This document shows, piece by piece, positions 24,188 through 24,598 of a stretch of 24,598 nt of DNA. Positions within the stretch are counted from its first letter, which is position 1, and each line of letters begins with the position of its first letter. Below the pieces are notes generated by a model, which did no database searches, was not told the origin of the DNA, and worked only from the letters and a program-made list of their open reading frames with translations. Source of the DNA: Candidatus Micrarchaeota archaeon (GTDB lineage: Archaea > Micrarchaeota > Micrarchaeia > Anstonellales > Anstonellaceae); contig JAHFEN010000001.1 of NCBI GenBank assembly GCA_023248455.1, forward strand, positions 1 through 24,598. Direction: 5' to 3'. The translations under genes and the position numbers were made by a program.

Positions 24188-24598
24188 ATGGTTCAATTGG
24201 GTAAAAGCAAAGATGCACATACAAATGTTTGGCATAAAATTGCAACCCACATAAAAAATCACAATCCGTTTTCGATACTCAAAACTCAAACAGAATCACT
24301 CCAACCAGAAATCTCAAATGAAAAAAAAATTATTCTGATTCGAGATATAGCAAACATGATAAAAAATAATGAAAATTTAGATCATTATGGTTTTATTGCG
24401 CGTCATGTAGCAAAATATTTGGATTTATTCGATTCAAGCGACCAGCCCGCTATGCTTTTCTTCATCGCAGAAAACTTTGAAAAAAATAACAGATTCTCCA
24501 AAGCAGGTGAATATTATGAATTATATGCGGATCGACGTTCTCAGACTAATCCCAGCATATCAGTTATCTACTATCTAAAAGCCATTGAGTGCTTCAGC
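24188..24598 (+). CDS. AT-rich hypothetical protein with a TPR/SNAP-like helical segment (partial; runs off the right edge)
   Basis: Manual translation from ATG 24188 is open for 137 codons to the window end: MVQLGKSKDAH...MLFFIAENFEKNNRFSKAGEYYELYAD...IYYLKAIECFS. Confidence 0.7.
   Translation, partial: MVQLGKSKDAHTNVWHKIATHIKNHNPFSILKTQTESLQPEISNEKKIILIRDIANMIKNNENLDHYGFIARHVAKYLDLFDSSDQPAMLFFIAENFEKNNRFSKAGEYYELYADRRSQTNPSISVIYYLKAIECFS

Overview
This is an archaeal chromosomal segment. It carries TFB, archaeal BRE/TATA promoters and GGTGA/GGAGGTG-type ribosome-binding sites; gene content and style suggest a DPANN lineage such as Micrarchaeota, which is inference only. Left to right: (1) an envelope module made of a partial COG1361/S-layer-domain-like secreted protein, a LolD/MacB-type ABC ATPase, a membrane protein, an ArsR-like wHTH regulator and a divergent secreted glycoprotein; (2) a structured 280-bp intergenic region; (3) uvrC, uvrA and uvrB, with a low-GC, twice-disrupted glycosyltransferase between uvrB and uvrA; (4) class V aminotransferase-serA-serS; (5) a membrane protein, mre11, a 24-aa microprotein and tfb; (6) an APC permease and trxB; (7) nrdR-asparaginase-like-glycosyltransferase-presenilin-aquaporin; (8) AT-rich hypothetical genes at the right edge. 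The strongest new signals are phased 11-bp direct-repeat arrays next to TATA boxes around the ArsR/membrane-protein pair (a candidate envelope regulon), a two-tetraloop small RNA or SD-sequestered sORF upstream of uvrC, the GT gene with an in-frame amber codon plus an A8 frameshift, a 57-bp hairpin insertion with a 14-bp direct repeat at the serA-serS junction, and two small membrane ORFs missing from the ORF track. No tRNA, rRNA, CRISPR array or transposase was recognised. All family assignments come from motif recognition, not database searches.
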